Positions 49,409 through 60,926 of a stretch of DNA of 64,000 nucleotides are shown piece by piece; the first letter of the stretch is position 1; every line of letters begins with the position of its first letter. The position numbers and the translations under genes are program-made. The notes under the pieces are model-generated. The model saw nothing but the letters and a program-made list of their open reading frames with translations, made no database searches and had not been told where the DNA came from. This DNA comes from Squalus acanthias (taxonomy: Eukaryota), in the NCBI GenBank assembly GCA_030390025.1, contig CM059438.1, positions 86,800,001 through 86,864,000 of the forward strand. The letters run 5' to 3'.

Positions 49409-49748
49409 TCAGAGACCATTGGTTTTACCAGATGGTACCCACGGTGGTTTGGACATTAACAATTTATTTTTCTGTTTGGTGGATGTTTTCCATTTCAGAG
49501 ATTTGATTTCACAATCCTCCATCTGCATTGGAGCAGTTTGTGCGCTGCTCTCTATTTTCTTGGGTGGTTTCTTTTTCTCGGTGCACTGAGCATACCTGTT
49601 ATTTCTTGCAGCTTCGTACTGGGCTGACTCGATGACGCCAATACCTTCTTTTAAGTAGTCTAGAACAATTGGCAGGACACTGATCACGGCACCGTAGTGG
49701 TGCTTTGATTCATCGCAGCTCAGGTGGTTCACTTCATCATGGGGATAT
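49409..49748 (-). CDS. SPACA9: Sperm acrosome-associated protein 9, last coding exon
   Basis: Acceptor TTTTGATGCAG, phase 2; YPHDEVNHLSCDESKHHYGAVISVLPIVLDYLKE...SKPPWVPSG matches recalled human YPHDVVNHLSCDEARNHYGGVVSLIPLILDLMKE...SKPPWRPPG. Confidence 0.9.
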
Positions 49749-51437
49749 CTGCATCAAAATAAAATAGCGCTGAGACTTACCACAGAAGAAGTTTACTGCA
49801 GCAGAGTTAGTCGTGAGACTTTGATTACTGTATATAATCCTTAACCCCAAATTAGAAGCTGTGACTCCTGTGTATTTATGCAAAGGAACTTAAAACAGAA
49901 TTGGGCACAAAGTTCCCTCAAAAATCCAAAGCTGCTTTTCTTTCACAGGGTGTGAGATTAGTTTGGTTCTTTCATGAGTATCAAATAGGCTATGGGTGGG
50001 AAATGCGATCCAAACCAATATTTAACTAATTAGCTGCAGCTTCTAGTTTTGCTGGAGTTAATTATGGAGTTAGTCAGATGCAGAATTCTTACTAACACCC
50101 ATCGAACCAGAGCCCCCGTGTCACAAACCATTGTAACCATTCTTATAACCAGATTGTATTCATGTAAACCCACATGTTTTGCCTGTCCACGGTCTGAACA
50201 TTTCGCCCATTGTTATGAAAACGATGGTCATACAAAATCAATTGGATTGAGAGATTGCAATAACACCAAAAGCCTGTTGGTAGAGGTGTTGAGCATAGTG
50301 ATTTTTAGGTGACAATTTGGAAACTAAATTCACGTAGAAGAAAATTGTCAGTGGCCGGACACTAGAGTAATTGGATATATAATAATAAGGCATAGAAAAG
50401 GTAACCAAAACTGACTATTAATGTCACAGGAAAGATGCTCTGCTAAACATCACTCAGTTGTAAGACGATCATCTTATCTGTGCATGGTGCATGGGCTATT
50501 GGCATCTCGCGTACATACAAACAAAAAACAACTCAAATTACCATCGTTTCTGTGAACTAGTGTTATGGTTTGATGGTTGCACACTATTTCGAGAGATTCC
50601 TTGGCTGTTATTATTTATAATATATACTGTTTCGATTTTATGTGGGTGTTTTATTCCGTTTTTAGTTGGATTTCCTGTCTGCTGGGCTTGTCAATACAGA
50701 CAGCAACTGTCAGTGTGCTCCGTGCTCTTAATGTGCAATGATGCTCACACAAGAGGATTAATGATTGTGATGCTATTACCGCAAGTTCACTGAGAAGCAA
50801 TCTGCATTTAATAACTGGAGATTAAATGCCCACTGTTTTTTTGTAAGAAAATGCCCCGAGAGCTTTGAAAATAAGGTCTGTTCACATTCTTTGTGGCACG
50901 GCTTGTAAAATTATGCATTTTTGGGGCAGGACAGAAAATACATCACGGTAACAAATCCATCAAATTTTCCAAATATATAAGTCACTGCTGACATTTCAAA
51001 GGTTTTGAAATTGGATTCCTTTGTCTACCTAATCAGCTCTCATATCCATATATCCGTCCACACATTTCACGTAACTTGGAAAAACACCATTAATTGACAA
51101 AATACAGTAAGCTCACAGAGAGATATGTACATCATTCAAGATTATTATGGAACACTTCAATTGCAAAAGTATGAAGCCATATCTCACGCCTGCCACCTGA
51201 CACTGTTTAGAACTGTTCATATTTTGAGTGAAGGAACAAGATAAAATTTCACATAAGTAATTTTACTTATTTCACTTGTGTGTATAATAGGGGGCAGATG
51301 TTCTACGTGGTACTGGCGAGCACTGTGCAAGAGTCCCCAGTTCACAAGACTCATCCCCGAAGTGTACCCCTGGGCAACGAGTGTACCCCACCCTCCCTTC
51401 ATTGGCCCCTCCCCTCTAATCGTCACGGGGGGGGGGA

Positions 51438-51690
51438 TGGTCAGGGTCAGGAGTGACCTCAATCCTCGGGGTGGGGGTCGGGGTCAGGTGTGACCTCAAT
51501 CCTGGGGGTCAGGTGTGACCTCAATCCTCGGGGTGGGGGTCGGGGTCAGGTGTGACCTCAATCCTCGGGGTGGGGGTCAGGTGTGACCTCATTCCTGGGG
51601 GGAGGGGGGTCAGGTGTGACCTCAATCCTCAGGGTGGGGGTGGGGGTCAGGTGTGACCTCAATCCTCGGGGGGAGGGGGGGTCAGGTGTC
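51438..51690. repeat. G-rich minisatellite, about 7 units of 24-38 bp
   Basis: Core GGGTCAGGTGTGACCTCAATCCT separated by variable G-tracts. Confidence 0.9.
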
Positions 51691-51727
51691 TGAATGCGCT
51701 TCAATAGTGTGATGCCACATCCATGGG

Positions 51728-51762
<35 letters not shown>

Positions 51763-53610
51763 GATGTACAACTGTTAAAATATAGGCTGTTAAAATTTTT
51801 GCCTCGCTACGCAACCTATATTTTCCGTCCAGGCCAGTTTGCTGCGCTCCCATCATGTGTCTCCCCGGATTCGGTTTATAAAATATGGTCACTCTATTTA
51901 AACACTGCTGCTACAGCCTGCTTCCTGAGTGTTCGCGCCATGTTTTTCTGGGTGGGCTTAAGAATGATCAAGTCAAACACTCCCAGGCACCAATTTCCCA
52001 AAAGGGTCCTAATACAAGTGCAGGACCCCTCGTTAAATATTTTAATGAGCCCAGCATTCATTTCATGCGGCTGCCTGGGACGCCTATAGAATGCCTTAAA
52101 TCAGCATATCTGTTTTCTGTTGCTTCCTCACTGTGTTGGGATAATGTAGATGGATATTTATGATATAGCTGGCTCCTGCAGGAGTCCTGGGAATAATTGA
52201 CCACATCCGTGGTTGGGCGCATTTAGCTCCCAAGAGTTCAGTCTGGTTCCACAATCGGAAAAAAAATCAGTTCTGTGAATATACAGACAGTCATCACCCA
52301 CAAAAAGCCTTGTATTTCCATGGGATCCTATTTCATTGTGTCCAGTTCTTTGTGTACTTGATGCTTTAGAACAGATGTTGGGAAGTATGTGCATCTTTTC
52401 ATGTGAATTATTATGGAAAAATTCCATTAACAGCTTTTTGTTTTGGTGTGCCCACATGGACGACAGTTTAAGGACTGCAACCCTGACTGATGGCTCCTGC
52501 AGACAAAAAACCATAATGAGGCTCACTGTGCCACAAGGAGCATACTAGAATACTCGGCCGGACTTCTCAAGATGCAGTTCAATTCTTTTGATAGATTAGG
52601 TGGTCATCAAGAATACATTGAAGTATAACATTGTTTTGTGATGTGGGTTGCAATATATCACCATGTAACATGGTAAGCTGTTTATCAGTCCTGAGAAAGA
52701 ATGAGCCCTTGGAGAACTACTGATAGCAATTGCAGTGTTTGTAAAACATCTTTTGGCCGCAAGTTTCATGCCATTTTCCCCCCATCCTTCAGTCAATCAA
52801 AACAACTGTATTTTTAGATGCTATTGCTTTGAACTATATATTCTATGTCTTGTCTGGAAATACATAATTTTACATGGTAGATCTCACATGATATGACACA
52901 CTGGGAGTCAAGACCAAGAGTAGTTTTCAGGTGAAGTAGCGATCAAAGGGTGGTGGATAATTGGACCAGGTTCTACAGATTAATTCAGCCCCCATTATAA
53001 CATCATACATTCTGTCCTCATTTTTATATAATATTTGATTTGGTATTATTATCCATTATATATATCTTGCTACTAATATATTAAAAATTGTACCTCTGCA
53101 TGCACTGCCATTTATCTTTCCATTATAAATTCCTATGTCCACATTTATAATGGACATTTCCTATGTAAACTTTTCATACTGTAATTGCATGCTGCTGCCA
53201 TTGTGGTGCTGCAGTGCTGTCCAATGCCTTCATTATACAATAGTGGAACCTAGGGTTTAATAATTGGATTCCCATTGTCATTTGAACTAGATAATGTGTC
53301 TTTTGCCCTCATGTGTGCTTCTCCAATCTTTCTAGAAGCAGACTGAAAAAATATTTTCGTGAGATGAAGCCAGATATAAATCATTAAGCTGCTTTATTTC
53401 ACAGACAGCAAGTGAACATACAGAGTAACAGTTGTAATCAAACCTCCCTCACTTCACTCAATTTTCAGTTCTGTCTTTGAAAAATTAGTAAGAAATAATA
53501 AACCGGGCAACTTGTCCTTTTCGTGGGCTGACCTACTTGTTTTTAGTATTTCTTTTCTTTCTAGACAGCTTCTAACCACAGAATCCAATATACTACATCT
53601 TAGAGTCATA

Positions 53611-54350
53611 GGGGTAAAAATTGAGTCGCGCCCCATTTGGGGCGCTAACCTCGCCGGGGCGCGACTTTTAGCGCCCCGAAAAAATTAGCGGCCCCGCGCC
53701 GGAACTTCAGTGGTTGCGCCCCAAGAGGGAAGCGGGGCGCCACTGGAAGCACCCCGCATCCCTCTTGGGGCGCTGCGAGTGAATATCCTGGCGCTACGTG
53801 CACGTCGCACCGCGGTATTGCAGGCCTTCCTCCCCTTCTTAAAGGGGAGGGACCCTGCGCAGCGCGAACTGGGGCCCAGCTGGGCCCCCAGGGATCGGGA
53901 GTGCCGGCAAAAGAGCCCGGCACTCAAGAGAAGTGCCGGGCTCTTGGAGCGCAGCCGGCACTTCACGGTGGGGGGGCTTCATGGGGGCCGGGGGCAGGTG
54001 CTGGCAGGCGGCCAGCAACAAAAATGGCCGCCTGCCACCTCCCCTTTAAATATCGCCGCCCCGGCCGCACGTACGCCTCCCTGAACCCGTCGGACATAGC
54101 GTCTGGCGGTAAATCAGGGGGCGCGACTGAAGATCGCGGCTGGAGCGCGAGCGGGGTGCTGCGCACGGCGATGACGTCATCGCCGGCGGCGCAGCGCCAC
54201 AGGGCGCTACCGGCTGGCGCCGCCGCTAACCTCCCACTGAATTTTTCGGGAGGCGTGGGCGGCGCTGCGCCCGGGCGTTAGCTGCTTTACGCCCCATTAG
54301 CGCCCTCTTAAGGCGCTAACGGGAGGCGCAAGCAGCTGAATTTTTCCCCC
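53611..54350 (+). mobile_element. Non-autonomous Harbinger (family A ends, different GC-rich interior)
   Basis: TIRs GGGGTAAAAATT / AATTTTTCCCCC; perfect ATA TSD; both ends align to 793-4954; inserted in a CR1 tail. Confidence 0.92.
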
Positions 54351-55242
54351 ATAGAGTTATACAGCACAGAAAGAGGCCCTTCGGCCCATCGTGTCCGCGC
54401 CGGCCATCAAGCCCTGTCTATTCTAATCCCATTTTCCAGCACTTGGTCCGTAGCCTTGTATGCTATGGCGTTTCAAGTGCTCATCTAAATGCTTCTTGAA
54501 TATTGTGAGGGTTCCTGCCTCTACCACCCTTTCAGGCAGTGAGTTCCAGATTCCAACCACCCTCTGGGTGAAAACGTTTTTCCTCAAATCCCCTCTAAAC
54601 CTCCTGCCCCTTACCTTGAAACTATACCCCTGGTTATTGACCCCTCTACTAAGGGAAAAGTTCCTTTCCATCTACCCTATCTATGCCCCTCATAATTTTG
54701 TACACCTCAATCAGGTCCCCCCTCAGCCTTCTCTGCTCGAAGGAAAACAACCCCAGCCTGTCCAGTCTCTCTTCATAGCTGAAGCGCTCCAGCCCAGGTA
54801 ACATCCTGGTGAATCTCCTCTGCACCCTCTCCAATGCAATCACATCCCTCCTATAGTGTGGCGACCAGAACTGCACACAGTATTCCAGCTGTGGCCTAAC
54901 TAGTGTTTTGTACAGCTCCATCATAACCTCCCTGCTCTTATATTCTATGCCTCGGCTAATGAAGGCAAGTATCCCATATGCCTTTTTAACCACCTTATCT
55001 ACCTGTCCTGCTGCCTTCAGGGATCTATGTACATGCACACCAAGGTCCCTCTGATCCTCTGTCCTTCCTAGGGTCCTACCATTCATTGTGTATTCCCTTG
55101 CCTTGTTAGTCCTCCCAAAATGCATCACCTCACACTTTTCAGGGTTAAATTCCATTTGCCACTGTTCTATCCATCTAACCAACCCATCTAAATCGTCCTG
55201 TAGCCTGAGGCTTCCCTCCTCGCTATTTACCACTCCACCAAT
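54351..55242 (-). mobile_element. CR1 LINE 3' fragment; tail continues at 53601-53610 beyond the MITE
   Basis: ORFs 54649..55233 and 54423..54671 are CR1 ORF2 C-terminus. Confidence 0.9.
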
Positions 55243-55573
55243 TAACTTCCAGCTCCAGCTCAGGCTTGCATCTCACAGCATCCTGTTCAAATTCTGACTG
55301 ACTGCTCCATGTGTCTCCTTTTTTCCTTTTCTCCCTGTGTTCCCAGCAAGTGGGAGGGCTAAGCCTTCAACTCCTTCCCCATTCAGGAACTCACCAGTAG
55401 ACCGGTCAACCAAATTGACTACTACTTCTTCTAAAAGTATATTCCCAGCAGACACCTCATGCTTGACTCGCACAAATAGGATTATCTCCACTCTAATAAG
55501 TGTAGTTGTTGTGTTACACCATTAGAGATGAGATAATGAATTGCTTGATGTCTCCAGTCATTGTAGATAACAA

Positions 55574-55800
55574 TGAGAAGTCGCACAACACCAGGTTATA
55601 GTCCAACAGTTTTATTTGAAATCACAAGCTTTCGGAGCGCTGCTCCTTCGTCAGGTGAAGTGAAGGAATATTCCTTCACTTCACCTGACGAAGGAGCAGC
55701 GCTCCGAAAGCTTGTGATTTCAAATAAAACTGTTGGACTATAACCTGGTGTTGTGCGACTTCTCATTTTTGTCCACCCCAGTCCAACACCGGCATCTCCG
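55574..55800. mobile_element. Penelope-type inverted pLTR insertion forming a perfect 196-bp palindrome (55572-55767)
   Basis: Arms match base for base about the centre AAT|ATT (55669/55670); 15-bp TSD CATTGTAGATAACAA at 55559-55573 and 55801-55815. Confidence 0.9.
55681..55717 (+). ncRNA. Minimal type I hammerhead ribozyme (mirror copy on the minus strand at 55622-55658)
   Basis: TCAC-CTGACGA-A-GGAGC-AGC-GCTCC-GAAA-GCTT-GTGA: stem I, core, stem II, and a palindromic AAGCTT stem III. Confidence 0.8.
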
Positions 55801-56845
55801 CATTGTAGATAACAACAGCATAGTTGGCTCATTAACACATCAAACCCTCTTTGTCTTTGCCTGCAGCCTGTGGCTTTTTAAACTTGTATGAAACTCAACA
55901 GTTGTATATAACTCATTCCCAAAGCTTTTCCGTGAAGAAAAAACCCCCAAAATCCTAAAATATGACACCATCGTTTTACATTTTTGAATTATCTAAAGGA
56001 ACAGATTTCAAAAAAAGTCCAAAAATTTATTTGTGGCGTGAACCATTGCGGTTGAAAATGGCTGAAGGGCGGCAACATAAGGCCCATTTCACAGATTGGG
56101 CTTTGTAGGTGTTTGTAAACAGCATCATGAAGAAACGCAAGCATGTTTTGTGGGGGGAAGCCATCAAAGAATTTGCCATGCGTGGCAATATCCCAGTGAC
56201 AGAATGAATACTGACTCGATGCCTTGAAGGAAGTATGCAGGAAGGCTCATGATTTTTTTTTTAAATGCAAAGGTAAAGCATAAATATGAGGGCAAAGTTG
56301 AAGCACGGGTCTATATACACAAGAGAAGTTGTGGTTGTGAAAGATATATGCAAAAAAGAAGCTGGAAATAAGCAGATCTATCAGCGTCTGAAAAGAGAGA
56401 AGACATAGGAATCATTAGGATAGGGTTACTGCAATTTTTAATACTCTGAGATTCTTATAAACACAAGCCTGTTTCTGTCTGTAAGGTGCCATTACTGAAA
56501 AGCCAGGTCAGACAAGGTTCAGTACACAAATAAATGGCGAAGGAAGCAATTAAAAAAAGTAACTTCTTTGCTTCTAGTTATCATTTGCTCTTGTAAACAT
56601 TTCTTAATTAATAATTACATATACTATATATACTTTGGGAACTTAGGCTATTATGTTAACTTGCCATAACAAATAGTAAATTTCTCTCTGAACTGCACTG
56701 AGTTCTTTTGATTTCTCCAAGCAAACTTTTTTTTTCCTTTTTCACTTGAAAGCAAGCAGAATCTCTGGCTGTTGCTGCTAAAAAAAAACTAAGGTAAAAA
56801 CTGTCTTTCTTATATCCCAAAAACACACAGTCAATTTGACCTGGC

Positions 56846-59301
56846 AATACGGTGGAGGAGGATTTCCTGGAGTGTTTAAGGGATGGTTTCCTAAACCAAT
56901 ATGTTGAGGAACCAACTCGAGGGGAGGCCATCCTGGACTGGGTGTTGTGTAATGAGGAGGGACTAATCAGCAATCTTGTGGTACGAGGCCCCCTGGGGAA
57001 GAGTGACCATAGTATGGTGGAGTTCTACATTAGGATGGAGAAGGAAACAGTTAAGTCAGAGACCATGGTCCAGAACTTAAATAAGGGCAACTTTGAGGGT
57101 ATGAGGCGTGAATTGGCGAGGTTAAATTGGCAAGCGATATTTAAGGGGCTATCAGTGGAAGGGCAATGGCAGACATTTAGAGATCGCATGGATGAACTAC
57201 AACAATTGTACATCCCGGTCTGGCATAAAAATAAAAAAGGGAAGGTGGCTCAACCATGGCTAACAAGGGAAATCAGGGATAGTATTAAAACCAAGGAAGT
57301 TGCATACAAATTGGCCAGAAGTAGCAGCAAACCCGGGGACTGGGAGAACTTCAAAACTCAGCAGAGGAGGACGAAGGGTTTGATTAGGGCAGGGAAAATA
57401 AAATATGAAAGGAAGCTTGCAGAGAACATTAAAATGGACTGCAAAAGCTTCTATAAATATGTAAAAAGAAAGAGGTTAGTAAAAACAAACGTAGGTCCCC
57501 TGCAGTCGGAAACAGGGGAAGTCGTAATGGGGAACAAGGAAATGGCAGATCAATTGAACAAGTACTTTGGTTCGGTGTTTACTGTGGAGGACACACACAA
57601 CCTGCCGGAAATAAAAGGGGTCAGAGGATCTGGTAAGAGGGAGGAGCTGAGGGAAATCCTTATTAGTCGGGAAAAGGTATTGGGGAAATTGATGGGACTG
57701 AAGGCTGAAAAATCCCCGGGGCCTGATGGTCTGCATCCCAGAGTACTTAAGGAGGTGGCCTTGGAAATAGTGGATGCATTGACGATCATTTTCCAACATT
57801 CCTTAGACTCTGGATCAGTTCCGATGGAGTGGAAGGTGGCCAATGTAACCCCTCTTTTTAAAAAAGGAGGGAGGGAGAAAGCAGGGAATTATAGACCGGT
57901 CAGCCTGACATCGGTCGTGGGTAAAATGATGGAAGCAATTATTAAAGATGTCATAACAGACCATTTGGAAAGTGGCGACATGATAGGTCCAAGTCAGCAT
58001 GGATTTGTGAAAGGGAAATCATGCTTGACAAATCTTCTGGAATTTTTTGAGGATGTTTCCAATAGGGTGGACAGGGGGGAACCAGTAGATGTGGTGTATT
58101 TGGACTTTCAGAAGGCCTTCGACAAGGTCCCACACAAGAGATTGGTGAGCAAAGTTAAAGCACATGGGATTGGGGGTAATGTGTTGACGTGGATTGAGAA
58201 CTGGTTGGCACACAGGAAACAAAGAGTAGGAGTAAATGGGTTTTTTTCAGAATGGCAGGCAGTGACCAGCGGGGTACCGCAGGGTTCGGTGCTGGGACCC
58301 CAGCTGTTTACATTATATATTAATGATTTGGACGAAGGGATTAAATGTAATATCTCCAAATTTGCGGATGACACTAAATTGGGAGGCAGTGTGAACAATG
58401 AGGAGGATGCTAGGAGGCTACAGAGTGACTTGGACAGGTTGGGTGAATGGGCAAATGTATGGCAGATGAAGTACAATGTGGATAAATGTGAGGTTATCCA
58501 CTTTGGTGGTAAAAATAGAGAGGCGGACTATTACCTGAATGGTGGCAGATTAGGGAAAGGGGACGTGCAACGAGACCTGGGCGTCATGGTACATCAGTCA
58601 CTGAAGGTGGGAATGCAAGTGCAGCAGGCAGTCAAGAAAGCAAACGGAATGATGGCCTTCATAGCAAGGGGATTTGAGTACAGGAGTAGGGAGGTGATGC
58701 TACAGTTGTACAGGGCCTTGGTGAGGCCACACCTGGAGTATTGTGCGCAGTTTTGGTCTCCTAACTTAAGGAAGGACATTCTTGCTATTGAGGGAGTGCA
58801 GCGAAGGTTCACTAGATTGATTCCTGGGATGGCCGGACTGACATATCAAGAAAGATTGGGTCAACTGAACTTGTATCCTCTGGAGTTCAGAAGAATGAGG
58901 GGGGATCTTATAGAGACATTTAAAATCCTGACTGGTTTAGACAAATTAGATGCGGGCAGAATGTTCCCAATGGTAGGGAAAACTAGAACCAGGGGTCACA
59001 GTCTAAGGATTAAGGGGAAGCCATTTAGGACTGAGCTGAGGAGGAACTTCTTCACCCAGAGAGTGGTGAATCTATGGAATTCTCTTCCACAGAAGGTTGT
59101 TGAGGCCAGTTCGCTAAATATATTCAAAAGGGAGTTAGATATAACACTCACAACTAAGGGGATCAAGGGGTATGGCGAGAAAGCAGGAATGGGGTACTGA
59201 GGTAGCATGTTCAGCCATGAACGCATTGAATGGCGGTGCAGGCTCGAAGGACCGAATGGTCTACTCCTGTACCTATTTTCTATGTTTCTATGTTTCTATG
59301 T
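56846..59301 (+). mobile_element. Young CR1 LINE, 5'-truncated, with an uninterrupted 782-codon ORF2 part
   Basis: ORF 56852..59200 covers the end of the endonuclease (LGKSDH) and a full RT; (TTTCTATG)n tail. Confidence 0.95.
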
Positions 59302-60109
59302 CTTCTTTTCTATGACTGGAATACTTCCTTTCCAATCTCACATACCTAATTAGTATGGTTCGTGAGAAAGCAACAATAAGCCAAAGTAAAAACTTTTCCC
59401 TCGCCTATAAATAGAGGGGGGCGGGGGGAAGTCTTTCACATTTAACGATAAGCTGTGTGGTAGATAGGGGTCAGTCCCAATGCAGACTATCAACACGGCA
59501 ATAGGCGGATTAAAGGCTGAAATTTTGATCAATGAAATTAACCCATTGCTGTTTGTGGGTTCTTGATTTGCACAAAATGTTTTTTGCATTTGCCTACATA
59601 ACAACAGTCACCACACTTCATAGTCGTTAATTGCGCTTTGAGACATTTCGAGAGATGGGTTAAGGTACTGTGCAAATGTAAGTCTTTCCTTTTGCATTTC
59701 TACTTGAAGCCAGCACCAGCATAAGTAAATAAGGAGAAACTGTTTCTACTAGCAGTAGGGTTGGTAGCTAGAGGACACAGATTTAAGGTAATTGGCAATT
59801 GTAGTTGTTGTTGTATATTCTGGATTTTGTGCAAACAGTGGGACAGTCAACGTGACCTTCATGGCCTGATAGATACAGCAGAAAAACCTGCCACTCAGCA
59901 TCCATTAATATGACAAAGGTTTTTCATACAATTAGCAGAGAAGGACTTTGGTAACAGCAGAACAGATTTAGCTGCCCTGATAAAATCATTAGCGTAATCA
60001 GGCAACCTACTGATAACATGCTGGGTACAGTAATTGCTGATGGTGACACCAGGACTTGACTACATAGTCAAAGTTAATACTCCAGTGCAATATTGGGAAG
60101 TAACGTATT

Positions 60110-60415
60110 GCTATAACTGCCATTTTTTGGAATCGGATGTTAAACTGAGGCCAGCCAGTTACTGTGGTTAAGGTGGATGCTGAAGATCCCACAGCACTAT
60201 TCATCCGAATATCCTGCCCAACACTCAGCCAACACCATAAAACATAGATTAGTCATTCATTTCATTGCCATTTGTGGGATCAGCTGTGTGCATAATGACT
60301 ACCATGTTTGCCGACATTAACTGTCACGGCACTTCAATGTAGTTCATATGTGAAATGCTTTGAAATGTTTGTAAAGGCATAGTAAGGTGCCAATATAAAT
60401 GCAAATCTTTCTTTT
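60110..60415 (+). mobile_element. Degraded SacSINE1-type SINE
   Basis: Deu-like core and tail. Confidence 0.6.
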
Positions 60416-60926
60416 CTCTATAGCAAATGGTGTCAAGCAAGGTTTCGTACTTTCCCTGAGCTTTTTCACAGCTATGCTGGATGATGCTGTAAGAGATCTG
60501 AACAAGGACATTTACATAGATTTTCAGGCAGATGGCAGGATTTTCAACACTAGCTGCATTTTGCAAACTTCTTATTTGCTGATGACTGCACTATATTTAC
60601 ATATTCTGAAACTGATCTACAGCATATTATCTATCGCTTTGATTGGTTGACCTTTCGTTATTGGTTAAATATCTCCTTAAAAAAAACCTAAAATTATGCA
60701 CTAGACTGCGTCCCATCAACTTTACAACAAACCCGAGATTGTGATAGGGCAACAAAGTTAAATGTCATGGAGAGTTTTCTATAGCTAGGTGCGAGAATAC
60801 TGGGAAAGTCTCCACTTCACATTCACGAACTAACTAACCTGAAATATAATCAATTCATACGATTATTAATTGTAGATGAAAGATTTCATTATGTAATTGT
60901 TGCACTTATAATCATACTGGTAAACC

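Noticed and set aside
49749-49780. Strong minus-strand donor GTG|GTAAGT as the end of the preceding SPACA9 exon
   Set aside because: It would give a 32-nt intron and the upstream sequence does not encode SPACA9
51438-51690. CRISPR array or canonical estrogen response elements
   Set aside because: Eukaryotic context, spacers are only G-runs and there are no cas genes; the half-site spacing is 4, not 3
53645-54281. GC-rich ORFs or a host CpG-island promoter
   Set aside because: Entirely inside a TIR- and TSD-bounded MITE; the open frames reflect high GC content
793-54350. Macro-transposon formed by the outer family A ends carrying the CPM-like gene
   Set aside because: The right-hand element has its own TSD, and the gene's divergence looks far older than these young elements
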